A DNA stretch of 64,000 bases from assembly GCA_963738405.1 (NCBI GenBank), contig CAVTWJ010000012.1:64001-128000 (forward strand). The letters run 5' to 3'. The position numbers were made by a program, and so were the translations under genes. Position 1 is the first letter of the stretch. Each line of letters starts with the position of its first letter. This document shows, piece by piece, positions 1 through 9,262 of the stretch. Below the pieces are notes generated by a model. That model ran no database searches. It was not told where the DNA came from and saw nothing but the letters and a program-made list of their open reading frames with translations. This DNA is from a candidate division FCPU426 bacterium (GTDB taxonomy: Bacteria; Oederibacteriota; Muellerivitia; Muellerivitales; Muellerivitaceae).

Positions 1-78
1 GGTTTGGATCAGTTCCAGGGCCACCTTTTTCAGGTCGGCGCTGGTGTCTTTGGTGTTGGCTAAGGTTGGGCGGCCCAT
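1..78 (-). CDS. 5' end of a probable TetR/AcrR-family regulator (runs off window)
   Basis: Manual translation from ATG at 78: MGRPTLANTKDTSADLKKVALELIQT, a typical TetR N-terminus; palindromic operators directly upstream. Confidence 0.65.
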   Translation of the reverse strand, partial: MGRPTLANTKDTSADLKKVALELIQT

Positions 79-98
79 CAAGCACCTCGAAAAGCTTT

Positions 99-137
99 AT
101 ATCTACCTACGGGTAGATATTACCTACCTCTTGGTAG
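99..137. promoter_or_regulatory. Two tandem palindromic operators CTACC-N4-GGTAG
   Basis: ATATCTACC-tacg-GGTAGATAT (99-120) and CTACC-tctt-GGTAG (124-137), 21 bp apart, upstream of the TetR-like gene. Confidence 0.75.
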
Positions 138-294
138 ATAGTCAAGGGACTTTATAAACTTTTTTAATCATGAGGAAAATTAGGCTTAAATTCGCGAAGA
201 GGTCTTTTGGTCCTTAAGGGGTTGGAAAGGCCCCTTTTTAAAGAATGAAAAGGGTCTTATAGTGAATTCAACATTAAGAGTTAGGCCAGCGCCT

Positions 295-447
295 ACACCA
301 ACCTGCGAGAATTCCAGTCGAGCAGTATGCCTTGGTTGTCCCAACCGAAAAAAAACGGTTGGGACACCAACCTGCGAGAATTCCAGTCGAGCAGTATGCC
401 TTGGTTGTCCCAACCGAAAAAAAACGGTTGGGACACCAACCTGCGAG
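295..447. repeat. 69-bp exact tandem repeat (2.2 copies), each with an 11-bp perfect hairpin
   Basis: Units start at 295, 364 and 433; hairpin TGTCCCAACCG-A8-CGGTTGGGACA. Confidence 0.95.
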
Positions 448-610
448 CTCTCGCAAGGTGGTCCGCGAAAGCGAATGGGGTCCTATCTGGGACAACCAAG
501 TGAGCGATCCCTCTCTTAAAAATCCGCGCCTGCACCGAAGTCTCATGCTGAGGTGCATGCTTTGGCAGTACCGGATCAAAAGTTATCAAGATCCGGTAAG
601 GGAGGCCGTC

Positions 611-988
611 ATGTTTACCACCTACTACATTCAAAACGGAAAATGGGTCAAGGGATTCCATAATTGGGCCACGGGCATAGGTTTTCTCATGTATTCCGCC
701 CTATATCGAGGCGCCTTTCCCCAACCGATGCCTCCCTGGCTTTTTTATCTACCGTTGTTTGATCGGGTGATGCTTCTTAAGAAAGCCGTTGAATCTAAGA
801 CACCTGTCCCGAACCTTCCAAGTGAGGGACAAGCCTTGGTAGTCCCAATTCCAAAAGGGAATTGGGAACCCATTCCAGAAGCCCGGCAAGGTCTTTATTA
901 CCCTTTAGATTTTCCGGGGGATATGGCCCCGGACGACCGTCGATGGCTTCGTGAGACTTTAGGTTTTGAACTTGTTTCGGAGAATTAA
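611..988 (+). CDS. Hypothetical protein (about 125 aa)
   Basis: GGAGG at 601-605 before ATG 611; the longer ORF from 332 merely reads through the repeat. Confidence 0.55.
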   Translation: MFTTYYIQNGKWVKGFHNWATGIGFLMYSALYRGAFPQPMPPWLFYLPLFDRVMLLKKAVESKTPVPNLPSEGQALVVPIPKGNWEPIPEARQGLYYPLDFPGDMAPDDRRWLRETLGFELVSEN

Positions 989-1097
989 ACTAACTTCAAG
1001 GAGATTGAGGAAGGATCAATTTTCTTTTTTCAGGCCTGACCCCTTTTACACCCGGTAGGCCAGGTTCGACATGCAGGTAATAATCAGCGGCTGTCCC

Positions 1098-1157
1098 GAA
1101 CATCACAGCCTTTATACCATTGATGGTAATCAGCTCACCAATGATGAGGTCGCATGA
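1098..1157 (+). pseudogene. Probable C-terminal remnant of a ThiF/E1-like gene
   Basis: Reads EHHSLYTIDGNQLTNDEVA*, with stop overlapping the next ATG (ATGA); resembles the C-termini of ThiF proteins that precede DUF6527 genes. Confidence 0.5.
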
Positions 1158-1504
1158 AACTCAAGATAATTTTGAAATATGAATTCGTTGAGTTCATCCC
1201 AGAAGACCTAAGAGACAATATGATTTATATCTCCATACCATATGCCACGGCAGTCCACAAATGTTGTTGTGGTTGTGGAAATAAAGTGGTCACACCGCTA
1301 TCACGAACCGATTGGAAGCTAATTTTTGATGGCGAAACCGTTTCACTTTATCCGTCAATTGGAAATTGGGCTTTTGATTGTCAGTCCCACTATTGGATTA
1401 AAAATAATACTATCCGTTGGGCCCCAAAATGGAGCTCACGGAAAATTGACGCAGTACGAGCATATGACAAGGTAATGAAGAAGAAATATTTCGATTCAAT
1501 ATAA
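1154..1504 (+). CDS. DUF6527-family protein
   Basis: FVEFIPE...HKCCCGCG..VVTPL...W.L.FDG..VSL.PSIGNW.F.C.SHYWI signature. Confidence 0.8.
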   Translation: MKLKIILKYEFVEFIPEDLRDNMIYISIPYATAVHKCCCGCGNKVVTPLSRTDWKLIFDGETVSLYPSIGNWAFDCQSHYWIKNNTIRWAPKWSSRKIDAVRAYDKVMKKKYFDSI

Positions 1505-1537
1505 TTTTCCTTATTTTAAGAATTTTTCATCGGGTTG

Positions 1538-3520
1538 CTAAATCGATGAAAACCCAAGACTTTTCAGGTAATTGAATGTGTTGTTATAAAAATGTGGTGG
1601 TCGAGTTGGATCCGTCTTTTCTCCTTCAGGGACTACAATCACCATACCCTGTCGAGCACGGGTTAACAGTACCCTGTAAGCATTCTTGAGGTACTTTTGT
1701 CTGTCTTCGGAATGTATGTGCTGCCACTTGTTACCTCGGAACGACCAATTTTCCCATCCTTGCGTGGTATAACGAAAATCTGCATCCCAAGTTACGCAGG
1801 CCCAATCCAATTCCAAACCTTGGATATGAAATTCGGTAGCTACATCCTCCAAATAATAGGAAGAACGGACATCATCCTTATCATCTAAGAACCAATGGAT
1901 TGGATCGACAGGGGTTTTTACATCAATCGCATGTGGTTTCAAGCGCTCAGCCTGTGAAGAAACAACAATTCCATACCTTTCAGTACCGCGCGCATGGTCC
2001 CTTAACCATTTTTTGGCTTTGTTCAAATCACGAGTAATAACGATAGGATATTTATCTTGAAGTGCCTCAAGCGATTTTTGTGCCTTTACTACATTAAGGT
2101 CCAGTATTTCTTTAACAAGAGACGCCAGGTTTTCTGCGCGGAAAGAACGCATAGACACCGAAAGGTGTAATTCATCTTTTTTCGTGGTATTGGGCTGATT
2201 CATATAGTTTTTAATGTTTTCGGACGACCCATATTCCGAATCTGAAAGTTTAGGGGATATATATATTCGCCAATCCGGATAAGAACGTTTAATGCTTTCA
2301 AACCATTCTGATATGCCGGCTTCTCCTGTATTTATTTCTTGGCCCCCACCTACCAGGCACACTACCAACGCCCAGTCTTTATGCCTATTCATACAAGAAA
2401 TTAAAAATTCAGGTTCTGATTGATTGAAATTAGGCCTGTTCTTTTTTCGCTTCATAAAACTACTAGTTTGTTTCAAATCCCATGCCCGTTGAGCTTCATC
2501 AAATATAGCAACGTGTTCTTTAGGTGGATTTTCTTCATCGATTAGACCTTCATCTCGAAAATTGTGAATATTTTGAATAAAAGCTTTAACTTCGCTAAAA
2601 GCAACATTCTTTTTTATACGATTCCCTTTTCCTTTTTCTCTTTTTACTTTGTCGCGAGCCAAAGCCTCTCGAAGAACAGCTACCAATGGACCATTCCCAG
2701 ATAGAAATACGCTGTAAAGGTCATTTTCATTACTGATGTGTTTCGTTGCGATATTTAAACCCACCAGAGTCTTGCCTGATCCTGGTACACCCGTCACAAA
2801 ACAAATAGCTTTCTGCCTTTTTTCTTTCGAATATCGAATAATTTCAGAAATGGTTTCGGAAGTCTTTTCAAGATTGATTGCGCCTGCATCACTACGAGTT
2901 ATATCAATAACGGAATGATTGCCATAAAGAGCTAAAGCAGCCTCAATAATAGTTGGGGTCGGCGAATATCTGCCCTGGTCCCAAGTGCCTGAAACTATTT
3001 TTCCGCCACCAGTGAAATCTAATACTGATCTAATAATTTCACTCAATTTCTTCGTGTTGGTTTTCATAGGCACAAAAAGCTTATCGTCAGCCACCTCAAA
3101 CCCAATTACCTCAGAAGTCTCTGAATCTTTGGCGTCTGTAGCAATAAGAATAGGAGCGACATATTTATCATGGCTTGTTTCATGAAAATTCTTTAAATCG
3201 AGACCGTAATCCCAAACTTGATCGATGGCTTGTTTATGGAAAACTTGTTCGTAAATCTTAAATTCGAGCACAAATATAACGGGACCTATTAAAAGAAGAA
3301 CATCAATACGGGAACCCATTCGTGGGATGGAATACTCGAAGTAAATTGAACCCAAAAATGGCTTTAAAGCGACTTTCAGAATCCTAATTTCTTCTAGCCA
3401 GGCATCTTTTTGTGTTATTTCTAAATTAAATTCATTTCGCGATGCAATTTTCCCAACAATTGAAGCATCTGTTTCTTTCAAGAATCGCGAAATAGTATCG
3501 GAGTAATAGGATCGAATCAT
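1538..3520 (-). CDS. DUF2075 (Schlafen group 3-like helicase) protein with N-terminal PD-(D/E)XK-like nuclease domain
   Basis: EYSIP...RIDVLL...LEFK; Walker [34 protein letters not shown]. Confidence 0.85.
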   Translation of the reverse strand: MIRSYYSDTISRFLKETDASIVGKIASRNEFNLEITQKDAWLEEIRILKVALKPFLGSIYFEYSIPRMGSRIDVLLLIGPVIFVLEFKIYEQVFHKQAIDQVWDYGLDLKNFHETSHDKYVAPILIATDAKDSETSEVIGFEVADDKLFVPMKTNTKKLSEIIRSVLDFTGGGKIVSGTWDQGRYSPTPTIIEAALALYGNHSVIDITRSDAGAINLEKTSETISEIIRYSKEKRQKAICFVTGVPGSGKTLVGLNIATKHISNENDLYSVFLSGNGPLVAVLREALARDKVKREKGKGNRIKKNVAFSEVKAFIQNIHNFRDEGLIDEENPPKEHVAIFDEAQRAWDLKQTSSFMKRKKNRPNFNQSEPEFLISCMNRHKDWALVVCLVGGGQEINTGEAGISEWFESIKRSYPDWRIYISPKLSDSEYGSSENIKNYMNQPNTTKKDELHLSVSMRSFRAENLASLVKEILDLNVVKAQKSLEALQDKYPIVITRDLNKAKKWLRDHARGTERYGIVVSSQAERLKPHAIDVKTPVDPIHWFLDDKDDVRSSYYLEDVATEFHIQGLELDWACVTWDADFRYTTQGWENWSFRGNKWQHIHSEDRQKYLKNAYRVLLTRARQGMVIVVPEGEKTDPTRPPHFYNNTFNYLKSLGFSSI

Positions 3521-4468
3521 TTAAGCTAGAAACCTCTGTTTCAAATGCCATTCCAAATAATCGTGGGAAGGTTGTTCAGCAGGCTTTTCTGGTATTACTT
3601 TAAGTTTCTGCCCATCGTATATGTAATAATCCCTACCATTTTCAAATTCTTCTCGTATTTTGGGGCTCACCCTAACCTTAAAATCCTGGTCCACAGCCAA
3701 ATAACGTTGGTCAAAAAGGATATGAAGATCTGACCTTAGAAGCAGGCCGTTTCGGATTTCATGTGGCCCATCCTCGGCATAAGGTTTGATATGGGCGGCC
3801 TCAAGGACGGGTAGGGTTTTTTCACCACTAATAGCGCATTTGCGATGATAAGCATCAGTAACTAAGACCCTGAAAGCTCCTTGTCCTAAACGAGGTCTAA
3901 CGATTTGTGGTGTTCCATATCGTTCTTTATCGCCATCGATAGATTGTTCAGAAGTTTCTAATGAAGGTAATACTTCTAAACCTGCAAGTCGGGGTTGAAT
4001 TTTACCCCATAATTCTTTTCCCATTTCATCATCAACCGAATCTAGGGTTTTACCTTGAACCACATTCATGGGCCACTGAGAAGGCACGGGAATCCATTTT
4101 TCTCTTGGCCAATAGAAAGGTTGCGCGAGAAGCGTACAGCCAATAGCTGGATCGCGCGGTACATCTACATGGCGATCCCGACGATATCCGGCAATGGCTT
4201 CCCGCAATTGAGCTAAGGTTTCCGTGCCATTCTTTTCACCATAAGCTAACCAAGCCAAAGACAATGGTAGAACCGTGTGCTTAACAAAATATCCCCCCCC
4301 AACGATGTAGTTATTTGGTGCATGTAACTTAAAGAGGAAAGGCGCGCCTTCAGGGATGGGCCCCCAATGGGCTTGGGCACCCGGACGCCAAAAATTGATC
4401 TCATCAGCCTTTTTCGCCGCGAGGAAATGGAACCATTTGTCATCGGTAACACCAACGAAAAATTTCAT
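3521..4468 (-). CDS. HNH endonuclease (putative restriction endonuclease)
   Basis: GQGAFR...Y..KCAISG...LEAAHIKPY...NGLLLRSDLHILFD; stop abuts the next ATG. Confidence 0.85.
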   Translation of the reverse strand: MKFFVGVTDDKWFHFLAAKKADEINFWRPGAQAHWGPIPEGAPFLFKLHAPNNYIVGGGYFVKHTVLPLSLAWLAYGEKNGTETLAQLREAIAGYRRDRHVDVPRDPAIGCTLLAQPFYWPREKWIPVPSQWPMNVVQGKTLDSVDDEMGKELWGKIQPRLAGLEVLPSLETSEQSIDGDKERYGTPQIVRPRLGQGAFRVLVTDAYHRKCAISGEKTLPVLEAAHIKPYAEDGPHEIRNGLLLRSDLHILFDQRYLAVDQDFKVRVSPKIREEFENGRDYYIYDGQKLKVIPEKPAEQPSHDYLEWHLKQRFLA

Positions 4469-4490
4469 TTAACTCCAGTTCAAACAGAGT

Positions 4491-6470
4491 CTAAAAATCC
4501 TTTTCTTTTTCTGCTGCCATTTGGCTAATTTCTACCGGTTTATATAAAGTCTCCAATTGAATAACTTTTGTTGTTACCGATTTTGTTAAAACTAACCGTT
4601 CTTTTAAATATTCTCTTAATGCCGCATCTTTACACCAAACATAACAACCTTTCCGGCCCCTAGAGAGCAGAACCCGATAAGTGCTTTTGATAATGCTTTC
4701 CACTTTTTCCAATATCGCTTTTTGCCTTTCTGTCTTCCCTTCTGCTTCTCTAAATTCACCCTTCCATCCGGTTAAACTTTTATCAGTGCTGGCTCTTTTA
4801 GCTGGATCGCCTTGAACCTTTTCATTCTTATAGAAGAGATCATCACCTATAAGTAGGCCTATCCAATCAAACTCCAGACCTTGGATTGTATGGATACATC
4901 CAACCTGTCCAATACCATCTTTTGAGGCGGCCCAACTTTCGCTGGCGAAATTCCACGGCAGCGACAACCCATCGGCCTGGACATGCTTAATTTTGGTGCC
5001 TCGCTCACGGCCCTCTGTTGGCCATTTCCAGGAATAGCCCGCGATAAGACGTGCTTTATTCGTATCGTTTTTCTCTGTTAAGGCTTCATAAAGTGTTTCG
5101 GCCTGGTCAAAAACCTTAAATTCGTATTGACCATCACCCCAATTTTCAAAATTACCCGTTGGCCTAATCTGCAGAACATCGTCCAGCCAATTCAAATAGC
5201 CCGTGGATCCATTACAGCGGAATTGGGCTGAAAGCTTAAAAATGGGATGAATTTTTGCTTTATATTTCTTCGCGGCCTCGACAATTGAATCAACGGACCC
5301 AGTGTCTTGCCAACTCACCCTTTGGGATTCATCAATAAAAAAAACGCTGATGCGTGCGCTACGCACCATGTCCTCAACCATACTTTTACCCTTGTATTGG
5401 TAAGCCTGGTCCTTGAGCCGATGGGCCTCATCGACGATCAGAATCTCACAACGCTCGTCTTTACGGTAATCGGCGTCATAAAAGCTCCACGAAGATTGAA
5501 AAAGCGCCTGCCCATCCTCCCGATATTGCTTATTGCCCTTTGATAAGCTTTCGACCAAGGCATCTCGAAAAGCCTTATTAGGCGCTACAAAGAAAGCCAT
5601 TCGTTTGCGTTTGAGCATTTCAGCTAACAGCCTGACCGCGATAACCGATTTGCCTGTACCCGGCCCACCTTCTACGACGAAGACATGGCGATGAGTGCGG
5701 TCTGTTTCAGTAAGTAATTGATGCCTGATAATCCGAAAGGCTTCATCCTGCTCATCAATCAATTGGAACTCTTCATTCCCTTCCAACATGCTATCGACTT
5801 TGCTAATAAGCTCGTCGGATGGGCGCCAACGGCCCTGATCCAAAAGAAACAAAACGTCATTTTTGGATTTCTTGGGAATAAGTTCTTCAAAATAGGACCG
5901 AAGTTTCGAGACATCATCCGCAAGAAATAGCCTCGATTCGGCCAGAAGGTCCTGATAGCGAGCATCTTCAAGGGGTTCGGGATTACGGCGGTGCAGGTTA
6001 AAAAGGTAAGCGGATGGGTGAAGTTGGATACCTTTTTCCACAATATCCTGGTTAAAACGAACAATGGTCCCTTTATAGGTACGGGCTTGAAGACAGGGGT
6101 GTTGTTTTTCAGTGCCGCCACCGATGGGGGATATAACCATGTTCTCAATATTAGAAAGACCCGCCTTATCCCATGCCTTGAGTTCGATAATTAAACCGTT
6201 ATCTGTTTTGCCGTCGTTCCCCGCCAAAAGAACATCTATACGGCTTCGTCCAATGGAAGAGAGGTGGTATTCGATTGCGACTTGAACATCATCCGCTACT
6301 TGGGCTTTGCGTAATTGGAGGGAAAATTGGGAATATTCAGATGCCCATACAGAACGATCTCTTGGGATTGACCCCGTCTTAACTTTAAAAGCATTTTCTA
6401 ATTTTGGTTGGAGATTATTACTATCGACATCATCTATAAATCCGGATTTAGTGTTTTGGTAGATGATCAT
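4491..6470 (-). CDS. Second, divergent DUF2075 nuclease-helicase
   Basis: IEY...RIDVLL...IIELK; GGPGTGKS; DEAHR; GCIHTIQGLEFDW; TYRVLLSRG. Confidence 0.85.
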   Translation of the reverse strand: MIIYQNTKSGFIDDVDSNNLQPKLENAFKVKTGSIPRDRSVWASEYSQFSLQLRKAQVADDVQVAIEYHLSSIGRSRIDVLLAGNDGKTDNGLIIELKAWDKAGLSNIENMVISPIGGGTEKQHPCLQARTYKGTIVRFNQDIVEKGIQLHPSAYLFNLHRRNPEPLEDARYQDLLAESRLFLADDVSKLRSYFEELIPKKSKNDVLFLLDQGRWRPSDELISKVDSMLEGNEEFQLIDEQDEAFRIIRHQLLTETDRTHRHVFVVEGGPGTGKSVIAVRLLAEMLKRKRMAFFVAPNKAFRDALVESLSKGNKQYREDGQALFQSSWSFYDADYRKDERCEILIVDEAHRLKDQAYQYKGKSMVEDMVRSARISVFFIDESQRVSWQDTGSVDSIVEAAKKYKAKIHPIFKLSAQFRCNGSTGYLNWLDDVLQIRPTGNFENWGDGQYEFKVFDQAETLYEALTEKNDTNKARLIAGYSWKWPTEGRERGTKIKHVQADGLSLPWNFASESWAASKDGIGQVGCIHTIQGLEFDWIGLLIGDDLFYKNEKVQGDPAKRASTDKSLTGWKGEFREAEGKTERQKAILEKVESIIKSTYRVLLSRGRKGCYVWCKDAALREYLKERLVLTKSVTTKVIQLETLYKPVEISQMAAEKEKDF

Positions 6471-6491
6471 CCGGTTTTATACCGTGCTTTC

Positions 6492-6530
6492 TTACAGGTC
6501 GGTGTACTTCTTATTGCTTCCCTTCGCTTT
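6492..6530 (-). pseudogene. C-terminal remnant of a second MazG-like gene
   Basis: Reads KAKGSNKKYTDL*; the intact neighbour ends KAKGSNKKYSEFR*. Confidence 0.75.
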
Positions 6531-6594
6531 TAAAACCAGTTCACAGTTGGCAGTCGGCAGTCGACAGAGAAACATCAATTAAAGCCAACTTAAT

Positions 6595-6969
6595 TCAGCG
6601 GAACTCCGAATACTTCTTGTTGCTCCCTTTAGCTTTGCTCACTGGATATTTTCGGCCACTTTTAAGGAGTTTTCGTTTAGCAGCGCGAGCTAGGTCAATA
6701 TCGTAGCGTTGGGCGAAGCGGACCACAAAAAACAACACGTCCGCCAGTTCATCCTCGATTTCTTCCCGTTTCTTCTTGCTTTTGAACATCTCCTCGATTT
6801 CTTTATCACTTTTAAAGCGGAAATGTTCCAGAAGTTCCGAAGCTTCGGTGATGGCGCCGATAGCCAGGTCTTTCGCGCCGTGGAATTGGTCCCAATCGCG
6901 TACCTCACAAAATTTCTGGACGAGTTTTTTGAGGGAGGCCAGCGAGGTCTTGGAATCCATGGGCGGCAT
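6595..6969 (-). CDS. MazG-like nucleotide pyrophosphohydrolase
   Basis: RDWDQFH..KDLA....EASELLE.F...EDELADV...KYP; start may be 6960. Confidence 0.9.
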   Translation of the reverse strand: MPPMDSKTSLASLKKLVQKFCEVRDWDQFHGAKDLAIGAITEASELLEHFRFKSDKEIEEMFKSKKKREEIEDELADVLFFVVRFAQRYDIDLARAAKRKLLKSGRKYPVSKAKGSNKKYSEFR

Positions 6970-7042
6970 TATAGACCAGTTAACAGTTCACAGTCGGTGG
7001 CCGAAAGCAAAAGAAACAACAAGAGTCTAAATCAGAGGGATA

Positions 7043-7288
7043 TCAGGCGGGGATTTGGACGATTCCGTGGAGAAATTCAGGTGCAAAATCGGCGTCGTTC
7101 GGCCAAACAAGGGTACGCAATTCAGGGTGAACCTTGAACCTTTTGAATTCCACCAAATCCTTCAATGGGGCGAAGACGACCCCATCTAACTCATTCTTCA
7201 AATCCACATCGCCTTCCAAACCATCATTAAACTTTAAATGAATGGTGTAGTCGCGAACATAATGGGCCTCAAGAACCGAATAAATCAC
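7043..7288 (-). CDS. DUF2442 protein (orphan TA-type component)
   Basis: Y.I.L.FNDG..G.VDL...F..F.V.....TLVWPNDADFAPEFL; GTG start at 7288 with GGAG RBS. Confidence 0.8.
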   Translation of the reverse strand: MIYSVLEAHYVRDYTIHLKFNDGLEGDVDLKNELDGVVFAPLKDLVEFKRFKVHPELRTLVWPNDADFAPEFLHGIVQIPA

Positions 7289-7325
7289 TTTGTTTACTCC
7301 AGTGGGGCCATAAATTTCATTACGT

Positions 7326-7649
7326 TTATTTACCCATCGGCCTTTTATCCCCATAGGGCGCCGGGGCCTCGTGCGCGGAGGCCATGGATAGCTCTTTGGT
7401 GATCCTTTCGGACAAAAAGAGTTTCATGAGGGATTGATAGGGCACATCCCGCTTGTTGGCCAGGATTTTCAATTCTTCAATCATGGACGCGGGCAAACGC
7501 AAAGAAATGGTTTTCAGGGACGGTTTGAGGTTCGGAAAACCAACGCGTTTGGCCTTAGACCAATCGATATAGTCGGCCGAGTCTTCCTTGGCCCAAAATT
7601 GACGTTCCTCGGCTTCCGACTTAAAGGTTGGTATTTTTTTCTTCGGCAT
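7326..7649 (-). CDS. BrnA/CopG-family antitoxin
   Basis: IP.FKSE.EE..FW...DS...ISLRLP...VPYQSL. Confidence 0.85.
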   Translation of the reverse strand: MPKKKIPTFKSEAEERQFWAKEDSADYIDWSKAKRVGFPNLKPSLKTISLRLPASMIEELKILANKRDVPYQSLMKLFLSERITKELSMASAHEAPAPYGDKRPMGK

Positions 7650-7944
7650 TTTGGTATTCCCTTCTTTCCTTACGGCTCATGTCCCGGGCGGAGATCACCC
7701 GGATCTTCTTTCGGCGGACGGTAAAAGCCAAAAACAAGGTCCTTTCGGCGTCCGTTTTCCCAAGGGCGAAAAACCTTTGCTCTTCCCCTGAATGCCTTGA
7801 ATCATCCGCCAGCAGGAGGGGTTGATTGAAGAAAACTTCCTCGCATTCCCAAAAAGCCACTGCGTGCTTTTCCCAGTTTTTAAGGAGGTTCACCTGATCC
7901 CAATCAAAGCCTGCGCAGTCGCTTAATAGTTCTTGAGGGTTCAT
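7621..7944 (-). CDS. BrnT-family toxin
   Basis: GFDWD..N..KN..KH.V...E.EEVF...IRVISAR. Confidence 0.9.
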   Translation of the reverse strand: MNPQELLSDCAGFDWDQVNLLKNWEKHAVAFWECEEVFFNQPLLLADDSRHSGEEQRFFALGKTDAERTLFLAFTVRRKKIRVISARDMSRKERREYQNAEEKNTNL

Positions 7945-7946
7945 AT

Positions 7947-7975
7947 TCTATGTATATTTTATAAATATACATAGA
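7947..7975. promoter_or_regulatory. 13-bp-arm palindrome upstream of brnT, probable autoregulatory operator
   Basis: TCTATGTATATTT-tat-AAATATACATAGA. Confidence 0.7.
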
Positions 7976-8005
7976 TATGTCGAGAAAAAAACAGGGGGTG
8001 GGTTA

Positions 8006-8347
8006 TCAGATTCCGGTATTACCATGGGGCTCTTTTATAGGAACAAGCCACCGGTTCACGGCATTTCCCAGCCGGCTCTCATTACACCCCGATTCCCGGA
8101 TGCTTCCATCTTCCGAAAGGAGCGAAAAGTTAAACCCTGTCTCCAAATCTTCGTAATACATCACCTCGTCACCGCGCTGGGCCACAATAAAGGCTTCTTC
8201 CTGTCTTTCATACCGAACCAGGACGGCCCTTCGCAAAAGGACCCGGTGATCTTCAAACACCTGACGCTGTTCCCTTGTGCAGGTTTCCAGTTCATGGTTG
8301 ATCAGTATTTCTAATTCCGCTGGGGTAATGGGTGACCAGGCCGTCAA
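8006..8347 (-). CDS. Hypothetical protein
   Basis: ORF track 8006-8392; a TTG start at 8347 follows GGAGGTG. Confidence 0.55.
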   Translation of the reverse strand: MTAWSPITPAELEILINHELETCTREQRQVFEDHRVLLRRAVLVRYERQEEAFIVAQRGDEVMYYEDLETGFNFSLLSEDGSIRESGCNESRLGNAVNRWLVPIKEPHGNTGI

Positions 8348-8376
8348 AGGAACACCTCCCGAATTTTCACGACATT

Positions 8377-8679
8377 CTATCGATGGGTCCAAAGGGCGGG
8401 CAGATCCCTGGAACCGTGAATAAAACCCAAAATCAGAACTTCTTTTTCATCTTCACGGTAGATGAGCCTGTAATTACGGACGAATATCTCGCGGATGCCG
8501 GGGAGGGCGAATTCGGGCACGATTCTTCCGCGATTTTGGAATGAGGAGAGGGTTGAGGCGGCTTCTAGGACTTCCCGGGCGAAGGCGGCTGAATAATGAA
8601 GGGAATCCTTGGCGATAAAGGCGGTAACCGCTTCGAAATCCTCATAAGCGGATTGAACCCAAATTACGGGTTGAGCCAT
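8377..8679 (-). CDS. RelE/ParE-family toxin
   Basis: GRIVPE....IRE.FV.NYRLIY......ILGFIHG.RDL. Confidence 0.85.
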   Translation of the reverse strand: MAQPVIWVQSAYEDFEAVTAFIAKDSLHYSAAFAREVLEAASTLSSFQNRGRIVPEFALPGIREIFVRNYRLIYREDEKEVLILGFIHGSRDLPALWTHR

Positions 8680-8852
8680 TTCGCCATTTTTTCTTCAACT
8701 TGAAATTGGGTCAGGGTGCGGCAAGCCTGGGAGTCTTGGAGGCCCTTTTCCACCTTTTCCCGGACATAGATGTGGTATTGAATATCCTCATAGGTCGCGT
8801 CCGCCGGGAGTTTTTGAAGGATCTGGATGACTTCATCTTTCGCGTTTGACAT
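8664..8852 (-). CDS. Cognate antitoxin
   Basis: 62 aa, overlaps toxin start; LP.DATYEDIQYHIYVREKVEKGL. Confidence 0.75.
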   Translation of the reverse strand: MSNAKDEVIQILQKLPADATYEDIQYHIYVREKVEKGLQDSQACRTLTQFQVEEKMAKWLNP

Positions 8853-8976
8853 AGGTAACTCCCCGGAAGCTTCTTGATGCTTTTACGATAACATAAATGA
8901 GGGGTATTCCCAACCGCCCCGAACTTACTCGTTATTCTAACGAAAGTTCGGTAGTGCCTCAATTTGAAGTCATGCT

Positions 8977-9156
8977 GTCATTGCGAGGCCCAGTCCCAAT
9001 CGGGGCGATTTGGGCCAAGCCTGTGGTAGTTGGCCTGAATTCGGCCAACCATCCATGGGCTTCAGCCCATGGACAATCTCAGTTAAAATCTAACAAAAGA
9101 AACCTGGGATTCCCACGTCGCAAACCAAGCCTATCGGCTTTGCTCCTCGGAATGAC
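8977..9156. repeat. Palindromic non-autonomous repeat (RPE/MITE-like)
   Basis: Ends GTCATTGCGAGG...CCTCGGAATGAC (one mismatch), internal hairpins; the left end recurs at 20239-20250. Confidence 0.6.
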
Positions 9157-9262
9157 GAGAGGAGACATTACTGAAAGTCAGCCCCTCTTGCTTTTCGGTT
9201 CGGTGATAACTTTACTACTCTCCGGCGGTATTCGGCTTCACATCTAAAAGGGGAGTTTCATT

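Noticed and set aside
295..447. CRISPR array (37-nt GTT...AAC hairpin repeat plus 32-nt spacer)
   Set aside because: The putative spacers are identical, identity continues past the repeat boundary, and there are no cas genes; it is a tandem duplication
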